Positions 9,478 through 19,416 of a stretch of DNA of 37,745 bases are shown one piece after another. The stretch spans positions 1 to 37,745 of the forward strand of contig JAFGND010000073.1 in the NCBI GenBank assembly GCA_016927185.1. Reading direction: 5' to 3'. This stretch comes from Candidatus Coatesbacteria bacterium (GTDB lineage: Bacteria > JAFGND01). The notes beneath the pieces were generated by a model. It was not told the origin of the DNA and did not search any database. It saw only the letters and a program-made list of their open reading frames with translations. How positions within the stretch are numbered: the first letter of the stretch is position 1; every line of letters begins with the position of its first letter. Made by a program: the position numbers and the translations under genes.

Positions 9478-10503
9478 TTATAACTCAGCACCCAGCTGAC
9501 CGCAACCAGCCAGAATCTCACTACCCTTGCTGAATCGCACTGTTATTGTCGCTTTACCACTCATTAAATATGTCCTGAATTTATCTATCTCGAAACTATC
9601 TGGTTTCTTGTATCTGGCTGATGGAATTGGGTTGTAAGGGATAATATTTATCTTGCACGGTATTTCCCTTGTTAATTCAAGTAAATGCCTGGCATCATCT
9701 CGTGAATCATTAACTCCAGAAATCAATACGTATTCGAATGTTATTTTCCTGCCCGTTTTATCGGTATAGTATTTAGCGGCATTCAGTAACTCCCGTATTG
9801 GATATTTTCTTGCTATTGGCATTAATTCAGTTCTTGTTTTCTCGGATACTGAATTAAGGCTTATGGCAACACCAATCTTTGGCATTTTATCAGCAATATA
9901 TACTATCCCATGAGGAATGCCAGAGGTTGAAATTGTAATCCTTTTAGGCGAAATGGTAAGTCCATAATCTGAAGTGATTACCTCGATCGCTTTTTCTATT
10001 TCAGTCAAATTGAACATGGGTTCTCCCATACCCATAAACACTACCCTATCAATAAGATTGCTTCTCTTGAAGTATAATAATTGCGAAATCATTTCATAAG
10101 CTTCAAGATTCCTCTTGAATTTGATTCTTGCAGTTGCACAAAATCTGCATCCCAGTTTGCAGCCTGCCTGGCATGAGATACATACGGTATGCCTGTTTTG
10201 TTCTTTCATCCATACAGTTTCAATAATTGCTCTATCCTCCATTCTGAGTGCCAGTTTTATTGTTTTATCATCTTCAGATTTAATAGTTTTTATCAATTTG
10301 GGGAGTTTTATATAAAAATCACTTTCCAGTTTTTCCTTAAGTTTTTTTGGCAGATCTGTCATTTCATCAAAAGAAGTGGCATCTTTCTTGAATAACCATA
10401 ACCATATCTGATCTTTTCTGAAAGGCTTTTCATTATAATCCTCAAGTTTTTTTTCTATATAATCTATGGCTCCCTTATAAATATTATTCTTCATGTCTGC
10501 CAA
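9478..10503 (-). CDS. rlmN: 23S rRNA/tRNA adenine C2-methyltransferase RlmN (radical SAM)
   Basis: CISCQAGCKLGCRFCAT, MGMGEP, ISTSG, FEYVLI.GVND, GCGQL; start TTG 10503 or ATG 10494. Confidence 0.95.
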   Translation of the reverse strand: MADMKNNIYKGAIDYIEKKLEDYNEKPFRKDQIWLWLFKKDATSFDEMTDLPKKLKEKLESDFYIKLPKLIKTIKSEDDKTIKLALRMEDRAIIETVWMKEQNRHTVCISCQAGCKLGCRFCATARIKFKRNLEAYEMISQLLYFKRSNLIDRVVFMGMGEPMFNLTEIEKAIEVITSDYGLTISPKRITISTSGIPHGIVYIADKMPKIGVAISLNSVSEKTRTELMPIARKYPIRELLNAAKYYTDKTGRKITFEYVLISGVNDSRDDARHLLELTREIPCKINIIPYNPIPSARYKKPDSFEIDKFRTYLMSGKATITVRFSKGSEILAGCGQLGAEL

Positions 10504-10604
10504 AGCCTTTCATTAAAAAATCTGTCAGGAGGCAATAAAAATTCAAGAATGTCTTGTCAACAAATTCGCTTCTTTGAGATTGGACATAAAAGCAAGGAGA
10601 AATT

Positions 10605-10937
10605 ATGCCTGATATCTGGGATAGTTTACATAAAGCAGCAAATGATGTACTAAACACTGCAGAGGAAATTGCAAATGATCTTGGAGAAGAAGCAAAAATA
10701 TCTTCATTAGTGAGTAAGAAAAATCAATATTTAAGGCAAATTGGTGAGTTTGTTTATAACAATTCAAGTATTGACAGCTTTTCTTTAGAAGACCCAGCAA
10801 TAAAAAACCTTTTTTTGAAAATAAAGGAGCTTGATTATAAAATAGAGGAAATAAAAAACAAGAAAATGAATAATTGTAATAGCAAAGATAATCAGCAGGA
10901 AGAAAGAGAGGAAAATAAAAATGCTGAAAATACTTAG
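10605..10937 (+). CDS. Hypothetical coiled-coil protein
   Basis: 110-aa ORF with SD AAGGAG; helical, charged; overlaps the next gene by 17 nt. Confidence 0.7.
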   Translation: MPDIWDSLHKAANDVLNTAEEIANDLGEEAKISSLVSKKNQYLRQIGEFVYNNSSIDSFSLEDPAIKNLFLKIKELDYKIEEIKNKKMNNCNSKDNQQEEREENKNAENT

Positions 10938-11343
10938 AATTCTATTTATTGTATCGCTTTTTGCCTTGATTTCTCTAGCCTGTTTTGGCAAAAAGGATAA
11001 TGAAACAAGACCATCAGGATCAGATGCAACTAAAAATGTCTCCGCCCCAGTAACAACAGGTGACAAGAAGCTGCCGGATGATTTACCATTACTTGAGGGA
11101 AGCACAATAATAATGGTAACAGAAAAGAATGCAGTTGTTCAGCTAAAATCCAATGATCTTAACAAGGCATTCAAAGATTACAGGGCATTACTCAAGAAAG
11201 ATGGATGGTCCGAATTTGGAGTATTACTTGCAGATGAGAATTCTACAGTCAAGCAAGTGCAAGTATCAAAAGGTGACAAAAAGTGGACTTTACAGTTTTC
11301 AATGAATGAAGGACTTATTAATATATCATTCCAGCCTGCATAA
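10921..11343 (+). CDS. Hypothetical lipoprotein
   Basis: Lipobox ISLA-C, low-complexity linker, compact domain; SD GAGG. Confidence 0.75.
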   Translation: MLKILRILFIVSLFALISLACFGKKDNETRPSGSDATKNVSAPVTTGDKKLPDDLPLLEGSTIIMVTEKNAVVQLKSNDLNKAFKDYRALLKKDGWSEFGVLLADENSTVKQVQVSKGDKKWTLQFSMNEGLINISFQPA

Positions 11344-11355
11344 AGTAATGAGAGA

Positions 11356-11856
11356 ATGCTGAAAACAGTCTTTTTTATTTTGTTCGTCTTTGTCGGTTTT
11401 TCATACTCGATATCCATATATTTCGATAAAGATGATATACAGGTTCCAGGGACATTCAAATGGGAATGGATGAGAGTTGTTGAACTTGATGCAAGCGACA
11501 GACCAACTGGAGAAGCAAAAGATTACTGGTCAGGTGGAGGAAGATTAAAGGGAACAGGTAAGTTTATAAAGGGACAAGAAGAAGGTTTATGGACTTACTA
11601 CCACAGAAATGGACAAAAAGAAAAAGAAGGTTATTTCAAAAATGGCAAACCTGAGGGGAAATGGACATTCTGGCATACAAATGGAAAAATAGACAGAGTT
11701 GGTATGTTCAAGAATGGATTTTATGAGGGCATCTGGTTATTCTATTATGAAAGCGGAATAAAAAAAGCTGAAGGGCAATTCATTGAAGGTGATCCCGTAA
11801 GGGGAACCTGGAAATTCTGGAATAGCTTCGGGACACCGGAAGACTTTATTTATTAG
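11356..11856 (+). CDS. Exported MORN-variant repeat (YwqK-like) protein
   Basis: Signal peptide; repeats G-x-W-x-(Y/F)-(Y/W)-x2-G-x4-G-x-F-x2-G. Confidence 0.8.
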   Translation: MLKTVFFILFVFVGFSYSISIYFDKDDIQVPGTFKWEWMRVVELDASDRPTGEAKDYWSGGGRLKGTGKFIKGQEEGLWTYYHRNGQKEKEGYFKNGKPEGKWTFWHTNGKIDRVGMFKNGFYEGIWLFYYESGIKKAEGQFIEGDPVRGTWKFWNSFGTPEDFIY

Positions 11857-14800
11857 AAATAGAACATAATCCAGAGGATAGCATCATTAATTGTTTTCCT
11901 TCCGTTTGCTATTGCCCTGTCATCTTCAACACCATATTCAGCCTGAAGCGCTGCTGTTATTACCTGGAAATTGTATGCTAATGATGGTTTTATAGAGTAT
12001 TTCAATTTGTCGGTAATTGGTTCAGAAGTGTCATTTTGTATTGAAAAATTGGTTTCTCTTGCAAATTCAAGCCCCATGACCAGATCTGTTTTCAGCCTCA
12101 ATCTAATTTTGTATACAAATGGTATAATAGGCAGATAAAAACCATTGGGTTTATTGAATGCATATGTAAGAGCAACTGCATCTTTATGCGTTTTTGAATC
12201 TGTTATAGGGAATGATCCCGAAAAAGCCTTCTCTTGAGTTTTGCTGTAACTGTCTTCAACAGATACTTGAAGCCTGAACGGGAACTGGAATGTAATCTTG
12301 AATCTGGGTTCCATATGCCAACCATTGGTTTCCTTATTTGGTATTATTTCTTCATTCTTGTCCAGTTCACCTACTATATCCCATGAAGTACTGTAACTGC
12401 TTCCAACAGTAACTTCTTCAAACATCTTTTTTATTCCAAGCATATTGTGTACATCATTGATAACAAGAGCTAATTTAGGCCAGATTCTCTGCTTACTTCC
12501 TTCAGGATTGTCAAGATAATGGCTCTTTGTAACTCTATATTCATAGTCAGTTGTAAATTGAATGGAGGGTATTGGTTGTAGGCCACTACCCAATCCATAA
12601 GTTATTTCTTTGTCTCTTCTTCTTATTTCACCTTCATCAGGCAAATCCTCGATACCCCAACCCATCTGATATTTAAGATTTGGTCTATTCAATAAATCAT
12701 AGACTTCAGTTTTTTTCGTTATTGTTATGTTCCCCCTTAGTGGCATTATTGGCTTTGAAAGAGCACCTAATTGAAGGGCAATCCATTTTGGACTTCCAGC
12801 TTCTATTTCATTTTTCTTTGTAGATGTTGTATCATCCAGATCATCGAACTCATCCATGTCAATGGATTTTCCTTCCTTGCTTCCTCCAAGCATATAGAAA
12901 AATCTTGAAAGTGCAAAACTGTTATCCAGCCTTAAAGTATTTGTATTATCAACATTTCTTATATCTTTTGTAGTATCAGCTTGTTCCTGTCTTAACTCAG
13001 GTCTATGATCCTCCCTGAATGTAGTTGTATAACTTATTCCCGGCTGCATAACTTGCAATATACTTAATTGATAAGAGCCGTTTACTACCTGTTCTCTTCC
13101 TACTTCAGGACCAATATTCACTCCAGCAAACTCCTGCTTGTAATTCCTGTCCCTGTATATATTTATACCATATGCTGTTGTTAGATTCTTGAAGAACTGG
13201 GTTTCAAGACCGAATTCCTCAGTAATCTTCATTTCCATTGTCCTGTCTCTTAGATAACTCTCATTTTCTTCAGCAATATCATAACTATGACCAAATTTAT
13301 GGGATAGACTCCCTCCAAGATTGAATTTTGTAGGAATATAGTGGAAATTAAGCCATTTCAAATCAAGATATTTGTCAATTTGCCTGTTGAACGCATATTT
13401 TAGTCTATAGTCATAAGTTTCCAGAGTATCAGCAAGCACAGGACCTCTTTCCCTGTTATAACTATAAGCAAACTCGCCTGACAGGTTATTTAAAATATAA
13501 TTCTCATAAAAGGTTTTTGATGGCCCTTGCTTGCCTGCCTTGAATGAAAAAGCATTCTCCCTGTAAGTTGTTTTTTCCTTGTCCCTTTCCATTTCTTCAA
13601 GTTCTATATCAGTACCTGTCTTGTAGAACGGAATATCTCTCTTTAAAGACAAACTATAGGTCGCTGGCAACTGCAAGCGCCAGTTTTGATTGAAAAACTT
13701 GTCCAGATTTAAAGTCATACTTCCTGTGTATGATCTCTGGTCTTTTTCGCTTGGCTTGCTTTCTCCAAGGCTATAGAAATGACCATCAATCTCCCGCACA
13801 TCACCCTTTATTTCCATGAAATCAGCCCATTTATTATCAAGTGTGATTCGTTTTGCATAGCCACTTTTTACAATCACGTCCCTTAAATGGATTTCATCTA
13901 TCCAGACTTCACTGTCAATCATTACTCTTGTATTGTTTTCCAAGCCAATCGCCATCCATGTTATGTTATTAAGGTTTGGAAGACCTTTTATCGAGTACGG
14001 ACCTCTTGTAAATACTATGGTTCTGTCTTTCTTTATGCTATCAGGAATTGCATCCTTCAAATCTGTCCATTCCTTGAGAAGGAATTCAGCTCTTTTCCAG
14101 CCAATTATCGTTTTACATCTATATTCATAATAATTAAGACTATCAGCACCTACTCTCATCCATATAGTTGTCTTGTCATCCTTGCCATGAATCCAGAATG
14201 CAAATTTCCTGTAGTTCAATATATTCATTGCAGCTGGTAATGCTTTATGTGTCTGAGCATAATGACCAGGTCTTATATTCTCAATATTCAAGCAAAGAGA
14301 TTGTTCCTGCTTTACATCTCCATTTTCATCTATTCCAGGGTCTACACCAGGAGGGGGATCCTTCCTGTAATCCTCATTATCTCTGGTATTTTTTACTGTA
14401 ACCTCAAACTTCTCATCAGGTTTTACTGAATTGGTACTGTCAGCAGTAGAAACATTATCATTGAGCCATGTTGATCCCTCTACTTCAAGGGCTGCAATTG
14501 AAATCTTTGTTTTAGTTTTCTGGCCATAAACTCTCATTCTAGCATAACGCAAATATGCAAGGTCAGGCGAACCGAATTTCCTTGTATAGCCAGTATGCAA
14601 GGGTATTTTATATAGCATATAACCCGCCTTGTTTGTTCCTGCCTTATATAAAGACTGCCCTATTCTTATAGTATAGCTATAGAAGTGATTTTGTCTATCA
14701 AGAGATCCATTAGCATCAAGATCTTCAGTATCATGATGCCTGTTGTTTTCAGTTCCATTTATTCCTCTATATTTGTCAGGATTTTCTGGATCATTCTTTG

Positions 14801-17609
14801 CATCTTCATCCCCCTTGAACCAGTAATTATCTCTATTCCTGTCTGGAGGACTATATGGACCTGTTTCAAGAGAATCTGGCGTCATATCAATTCCAACATC
14901 ATCTGTATCAACATTCCAGGTCGGATTTCTCTTTGAATCAGATCGCCAAAGCCTTTCATCATTCAATATACCATCATTATTGGCATCCTCATTCATGTAT
15001 CCACCAAGATCAATAGATATATAACCTTCATTATGATCAGCTTTCAACCACAGGACTAAATAACGTTTCTCAGAAAAATCTACACCTCCAGAATCCAGGC
15101 ATTTCATTAATGAAGTCCAGGAATCTTCAGTTTCCGAGAAATTCCTTGGTTCCATATACAGGAAAAGCAAGTCTACACTCTCATCTCCTACCTTGGTTCC
15201 CGTAATATTATCAAATACATATTTCTTTAATTTACTGACATTCCAGTATACAAGATTCCCTCTTCTCAATGTATCCTGTGGATCTGCAATAGAATCCTGG
15301 GAACCAGAATACCAACCTTCCCTTCTTATTCCTAATGGATATGAATTATTGACATTTTCCATATCATCAATATATCCAAATATTTTTGTATTTGGATTAG
15401 GGAAATTTCTTGCAATTTCTGCTGTCAAGTTGAATTCACTCTGTTTATTGGTTTTAATGAATGGAAGGTTATCTATCCATTCGGTCAGAAATTCTGGCTT
15501 GAATTTTAAAGCTAAATCAACATCTCCAGCAGTTATCTTTTGTGGTTCAGAGCCTACTTCAGGTTTATCTTCAATAGTCTGTGTATTCTCATACATCCAT
15601 GTTGTTCCAATCAATGATTCATCGAAAAAGTTATATATAGTCCTGAAACCAAGTAATGTCTTACTTGATTGTGCAAGAAAAGTTGCGAATTCAAAGAGTA
15701 TTTTCACCTTGTCATTTGGACCTGGTGGTTTGAAAATAGTAACAATACCTGCTGCATAATTAATGCTGTAATCCTTATCCTTTTTCAGAAGTGTATCATT
15801 GACATAGACTAATTCACTACCTTCCAATATACTCGTTTGCCCAAGGCTATAAGTAGAACTGGATCCCTTGGATGTTGTAAATAAAATATATTTCCTGTCA
15901 TTAGGAAGTGGATCCTTCTTGAAATAAGCAGTCTCATTTATATTATTTAAAGTATCAGCGATAAATGGCATGAATTTATATGATGTTCTTCCATCTCTAG
16001 TGACTATTTGAGAAGGGAAGAAAATATGTCCCCGTTGAGTATCAATAAGATTTGATTTCAGCTTGCCATTTTCGTCTGCCATACCCAGTATCTGCAGAAA
16101 AGTCTTGGCGCTACTCCCTTTCCCTTGAGTATATTCATACTGGGTAGATTGCTTGTTATCATAACCTATTGTCAATGTAACTGCTGTCGGATCAAGATTG
16201 ATAGCATTAAGAGAGTATATTCCCATATGCTGATATTCCCATGTTTTGTTATCAAGTCCCTCTTTCGATGGTGGTGATGAATTAGTCGGCTTTATTATTT
16301 TCAATCTCAGATTCTGGAAATCAGTTTTATCTCCTATCCATCTTTGAGTTCTTTTATCAATATAGACAGCAGCAAGACACTTGTCTCTTTCTATCGGGGT
16401 ATTAAGGTATATGAGACCTGCTGTATCAGCATAAACTATGAAATCCTGAGAGCTGCCTCTGTAAAGCAGTTTCCAGTATCCTCTTCTCCAGTGATTTGGA
16501 TTGGTTGTATCTGGATTTGACTCAGAAGGATCAAGAAATGCCTGACCAAAACCTGCATCATTTCCTGTTGAATCAAGGGTTGATACATATAAATAAACAC
16601 TATCAACAGGTGATTTGTTGCCGAGGCTGTCAGAACTTATAAAGTAGTATTGGTTTTTCAGCCAATCAAGATCATTTATTTGAAGAGAATCTACCTGAGT
16701 CTGACCAGAAAATTCCTTTCTCTGTCTTTGCCCCTCTTCAAGACTTGCTACTGTAATAAATTCCCAGCCCCCAACCTTGAATCTTGCCCTTGCACCAAAC
16801 AAGCCTTTATGTGGGATATTATATGACAGGAATTCAGGTCCCGTGATACCCAATTCTATGTCCCCGGCTGAGATTTCCTGTATAATCTCATCTTCCTCAC
16901 CTTTATACTCAATCTGAACCTTGTTCTTTCCTTCAAGCTCGTTTCTTGTAGAATCATAATCCAGAAGTACAGATAATTTTGTTCCAATAGTTCCCTTAGC
17001 TAACACTTTAAGTTCCTGCTTCATGCCTACCTGAGTAGTCTCATTGCTTCCGTATTCATCAGGTGGAGCATCCGTTTTATACTTACCAGCACCTACTGCA
17101 AGTCTCTGGTGACCTGAGACATCCAGTTTTCCACCTTTTCCAAAAGCCCTGTTCCACCATTCAGGTCCGAAACTTGGTAATTCAATCTCAGGTATGAGAC
17201 CTTGATTTTCTTTTTCCTTTGTTGCAAGAAGTTCAGCTACCTGCACTTCCGTAATAGTCTTCTCGTATTCTATTTCAAAAGATCGCTGCAGATAATAATC
17301 AAGTTTCTCAAGTCTTACTAGTCCATAGGGAAATTTTAGCTGCTTGTCCTCAAGAGATATTGTAATTGTATTAAATTCAGGTAATATAGTCCATTTTATC
17401 TGAACAGGAAGCGCTTCGTATTCAAGCCATGACATTTCTTCAAGTTTCCGGTTATTTCTTTCATAATCGTCAATCTTGCTTTCCATATCAACTAGTTTAG
17501 GTCTGTAATTGAAGAAACTGCCATACCAATTGAAATACTCCATGTCAGCAAACAGGATTGCTGGAAGTACCAGAAAGAATATTAATAAGTACTTCAGTTT
17601 TATAGCCAT
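11853..17609 (-). CDS. sprA: T9SS outer-membrane translocon SprA/Sov homolog, 1918 aa
   Basis: Signal peptide; GTIGTKLSVLLDYDS, YKGEEDEIIQEISAGD, GLFG, GSELVYVN...DYSINY..G, PNPNT...YIDDME, DTEDLD.NG, EQSL.L, VWIDE; beta-strand-rich C-terminus ending in Phe. Confidence 0.92.
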   Translation of the reverse strand: MAIKLKYLLIFFLVLPAILFADMEYFNWYGSFFNYRPKLVDMESKIDDYERNNRKLEEMSWLEYEALPVQIKWTILPEFNTITISLEDKQLKFPYGLVRLEKLDYYLQRSFEIEYEKTITEVQVAELLATKEKENQGLIPEIELPSFGPEWWNRAFGKGGKLDVSGHQRLAVGAGKYKTDAPPDEYGSNETTQVGMKQELKVLAKGTIGTKLSVLLDYDSTRNELEGKNKVQIEYKGEEDEIIQEISAGDIELGITGPEFLSYNIPHKGLFGARARFKVGGWEFITVASLEEGQRQRKEFSGQTQVDSLQINDLDWLKNQYYFISSDSLGNKSPVDSVYLYVSTLDSTGNDAGFGQAFLDPSESNPDTTNPNHWRRGYWKLLYRGSSQDFIVYADTAGLIYLNTPIERDKCLAAVYIDKRTQRWIGDKTDFQNLRLKIIKPTNSSPPSKEGLDNKTWEYQHMGIYSLNAINLDPTAVTLTIGYDNKQSTQYEYTQGKGSSAKTFLQILGMADENGKLKSNLIDTQRGHIFFPSQIVTRDGRTSYKFMPFIADTLNNINETAYFKKDPLPNDRKYILFTTSKGSSSTYSLGQTSILEGSELVYVNDTLLKKDKDYSINYAAGIVTIFKPPGPNDKVKILFEFATFLAQSSKTLLGFRTIYNFFDESLIGTTWMYENTQTIEDKPEVGSEPQKITAGDVDLALKFKPEFLTEWIDNLPFIKTNKQSEFNLTAEIARNFPNPNTKIFGYIDDMENVNNSYPLGIRREGWYSGSQDSIADPQDTLRRGNLVYWNVSKLKKYVFDNITGTKVGDESVDLLFLYMEPRNFSETEDSWTSLMKCLDSGGVDFSEKRYLVLWLKADHNEGYISIDLGGYMNEDANNDGILNDERLWRSDSKRNPTWNVDTDDVGIDMTPDSLETGPYSPPDRNRDNYWFKGDEDAKNDPENPDKYRGINGTENNRHHDTEDLDANGSLDRQNHFYSYTIRIGQSLYKAGTNKAGYMLYKIPLHTGYTRKFGSPDLAYLRYARMRVYGQKTKTKISIAALEVEGSTWLNDNVSTADSTNSVKPDEKFEVTVKNTRDNEDYRKDPPPGVDPGIDENGDVKQEQSLCLNIENIRPGHYAQTHKALPAAMNILNYRKFAFWIHGKDDKTTIWMRVGADSLNYYEYRCKTIIGWKRAEFLLKEWTDLKDAIPDSIKKDRTIVFTRGPYSIKGLPNLNNITWMAIGLENNTRVMIDSEVWIDEIHLRDVIVKSGYAKRITLDNKWADFMEIKGDVREIDGHFYSLGESKPSEKDQRSYTGSMTLNLDKFFNQNWRLQLPATYSLSLKRDIPFYKTGTDIELEEMERDKEKTTYRENAFSFKAGKQGPSKTFYENYILNNLSGEFAYSYNRERGPVLADTLETYDYRLKYAFNRQIDKYLDLKWLNFHYIPTKFNLGGSLSHKFGHSYDIAEENESYLRDRTMEMKITEEFGLETQFFKNLTTAYGINIYRDRNYKQEFAGVNIGPEVGREQVVNGSYQLSILQVMQPGISYTTTFREDHRPELRQEQADTTKDIRNVDNTNTLRLDNSFALSRFFYMLGGSKEGKSIDMDEFDDLDDTTSTKKNEIEAGSPKWIALQLGALSKPIMPLRGNITITKKTEVYDLLNRPNLKYQMGWGIEDLPDEGEIRRRDKEITYGLGSGLQPIPSIQFTTDYEYRVTKSHYLDNPEGSKQRIWPKLALVINDVHNMLGIKKMFEEVTVGSSYSTSWDIVGELDKNEEIIPNKETNGWHMEPRFKITFQFPFRLQVSVEDSYSKTQEKAFSGSFPITDSKTHKDAVALTYAFNKPNGFYLPIIPFVYKIRLRLKTDLVMGLEFARETNFSIQNDTSEPITDKLKYSIKPSLAYNFQVITAALQAEYGVEDDRAIANGRKTINDAILWIMFYF

Positions 17610-18628
17610 TCCTTGAATTTCTCTGCTTTCTCAGCTATACCCTTTTCACTAATCCATGCAGATATTAAATTCGAAGGAGTTACATCAAAAGCTGGATTAT
17701 AAATCCTAACTCCTTCAGGGATTATTCTTTTTTTATTGAAATATGATAATTCTTCAGAAGATCTTTGCTCAATTGGTATTTTACTGCCATCTGTTAACTC
17801 AAAGTCAAATGTTGATAAGGGTGCCGCAACATAGAAAGGGATGTTGTGGTATCTGGCAATTATTGCAAGCCCGAATGTTCCTATCTTGTTGGCAGTATCT
17901 CCATTGGCTGCTATCCTGTCAGCACCTACTATTATCTTGTTTATCTTTCCCCTTGAAATCAAACTTGCTGACATATTATCACACAATACTGTAACAGGAA
18001 TTCCTGACTTGTTCAGTTCCCATGAAGTAAGTCTTGCTCCTTGCAGGAGAGGTCGTGTTTCATCAGCATAAACTTCAATTGATTTACCTTCATTAAAAGC
18101 ATAGTAAACTCCAGCTAAAGCTGTACCGTATTTTACTGTTGCAAGAGAACCTGCATTACAATGAGTAAGTATCCTATCCCCACTCCTGAAGAGGACTGAA
18201 GCATTTTTGCCTATGCTGTTACATATATCTATATCGTCCTTCCATATTTGTAGTGCCTTTTCCAGTATCAATCTTTTTATTTCGACTATTTCCCTGTCTT
18301 TATTTTCCATAATGACATCAGAAATCTTTTTCAAAGCCCAGAAAAGATTCACTGCTGTAGGTCTTGTAGCAGCAATTATATCCCCAGCCTCCGCCATCTC
18401 TTTTAAAAAGTCTGTTTTGTCAGTTTTTTTCGAATAAGTTGAAGCAAGAGCCATTCCAAAAGCACCCGCTACCCCAATTGCAGGAGCTCCTCTCACTTTC
18501 AGTTTTTTAATTGCTTCTGCAAGATCAGTGTAATCAGTTATTGATATTACTTTTTCTTCTGATGGAAGCAGAGTCTGATCTATTAAATGAACTGCTTTGT
18601 TTTCCCAATATATGGTAACTAAATCCAT
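17600..18628 (-). CDS. mtnA: S-methyl-5-thioribose-1-phosphate isomerase
   Basis: DQTLLP, VRGAPAIG, RPTAVNL, THCNAG.LAT, DETRPLLQGARLT.WEL, GADRIAANGDTANKIGT, NPAFDVTP. Confidence 0.95.
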   Translation of the reverse strand: MDLVTIYWENKAVHLIDQTLLPSEEKVISITDYTDLAEAIKKLKVRGAPAIGVAGAFGMALASTYSKKTDKTDFLKEMAEAGDIIAATRPTAVNLFWALKKISDVIMENKDREIVEIKRLILEKALQIWKDDIDICNSIGKNASVLFRSGDRILTHCNAGSLATVKYGTALAGVYYAFNEGKSIEVYADETRPLLQGARLTSWELNKSGIPVTVLCDNMSASLISRGKINKIIVGADRIAANGDTANKIGTFGLAIIARYHNIPFYVAAPLSTFDFELTDGSKIPIEQRSSEELSYFNKKRIIPEGVRIYNPAFDVTPSNLISAWISEKGIAEKAEKFKEWL

Positions 18629-18639
18629 GATAAATCCCC

Positions 18640-19416
18640 TTATAAATCATAAAATTCTGGCTTTCTGTCATTAAAAAGATGATTTCTTTCTGTTATGCTC
18701 TTATCTCTGGCATCCTCGACATTCAAATCCGCAATAAGATAGCCTGATTCTTTCTCACCTAACTGTGCTATTACCTCACCATTGATATCAGCTATCTGGC
18801 TTTTTCCTGTAAATCTAATATCATCCTCAGTTCCTATCCGGTTTGCTGACACAGTATATATCCTGTTTTCCAAAGCCCTTATTCTCATCGCTTTTTGACC
18901 ATATGGTAATACAAGGTTGCATGGATGACATATGATTTCAGCTCCCTTCATAGCAAGTGTTCTTGCTGCCTCTGGAAAAGCCCAGTCAAAACAAATCAAT
19001 ATTCCTATTTTTACTTCCTTCCAGGCAAAAGGCTCCAGATGATATTTTCCTGGAGAAAAGATATCCTTTTCCTTGTTAAAAAGGTGGATTTTCCTATAAA
19101 CGAATTTCACTCCCTCACCATTCAGGAAAACAGCACTATTGAATATATCATTATTTTCCCTCTCTGAAATACCCAGAATCATGCTCCCTTTTCTTTCCTT
19201 GCAGATCTGAGATAAATGATTAATTCTTGGACTGTTTCCCAGATCTTCAGATATATCTATAAGTTGATTCTTGCTCTTGAAATTATAACCAGTAAGGCAT
19301 AGTTCCGGGAAAACCATAACATCAGGCAATATGTCAGGTATATTTTCGTCTATATAGCTAATATTGCTGTCTGGATCTGCGAAAAATGGATTGAATTGGA
19401 AAACACCTAACTTCAT
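18640..19416 (-). CDS. Carbon-nitrogen hydrolase (nitrilase-family amidase)
   Basis: Glu-Lys-Cys triad motifs FPEL, YRKIHLF, ICFDW.FPE; RALEN. Confidence 0.92.
   Translation of the reverse strand: MKLGVFQFNPFFADPDSNISYIDENIPDILPDVMVFPELCLTGYNFKSKNQLIDISEDLGNSPRINHLSQICKERKGSMILGISERENNDIFNSAVFLNGEGVKFVYRKIHLFNKEKDIFSPGKYHLEPFAWKEVKIGILICFDWAFPEAARTLAMKGAEIICHPCNLVLPYGQKAMRIRALENRIYTVSANRIGTEDDIRFTGKSQIADINGEVIAQLGEKESGYLIADLNVEDARDKSITERNHLFNDRKPEFYDL

Noticed and set aside
11356-11856. YwqK antitoxin implying a toxin-antitoxin or polymorphic toxin locus
   Set aside because: Generic MORN-variant repeats with a signal peptide; neither upstream gene resembles a toxin
13887-15759. Plus-strand ORFs inside sprA, and similar short antisense ORFs across the window
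   Set aside because: They lie opposite well-supported genes and lack SD sites and recognizable motifs
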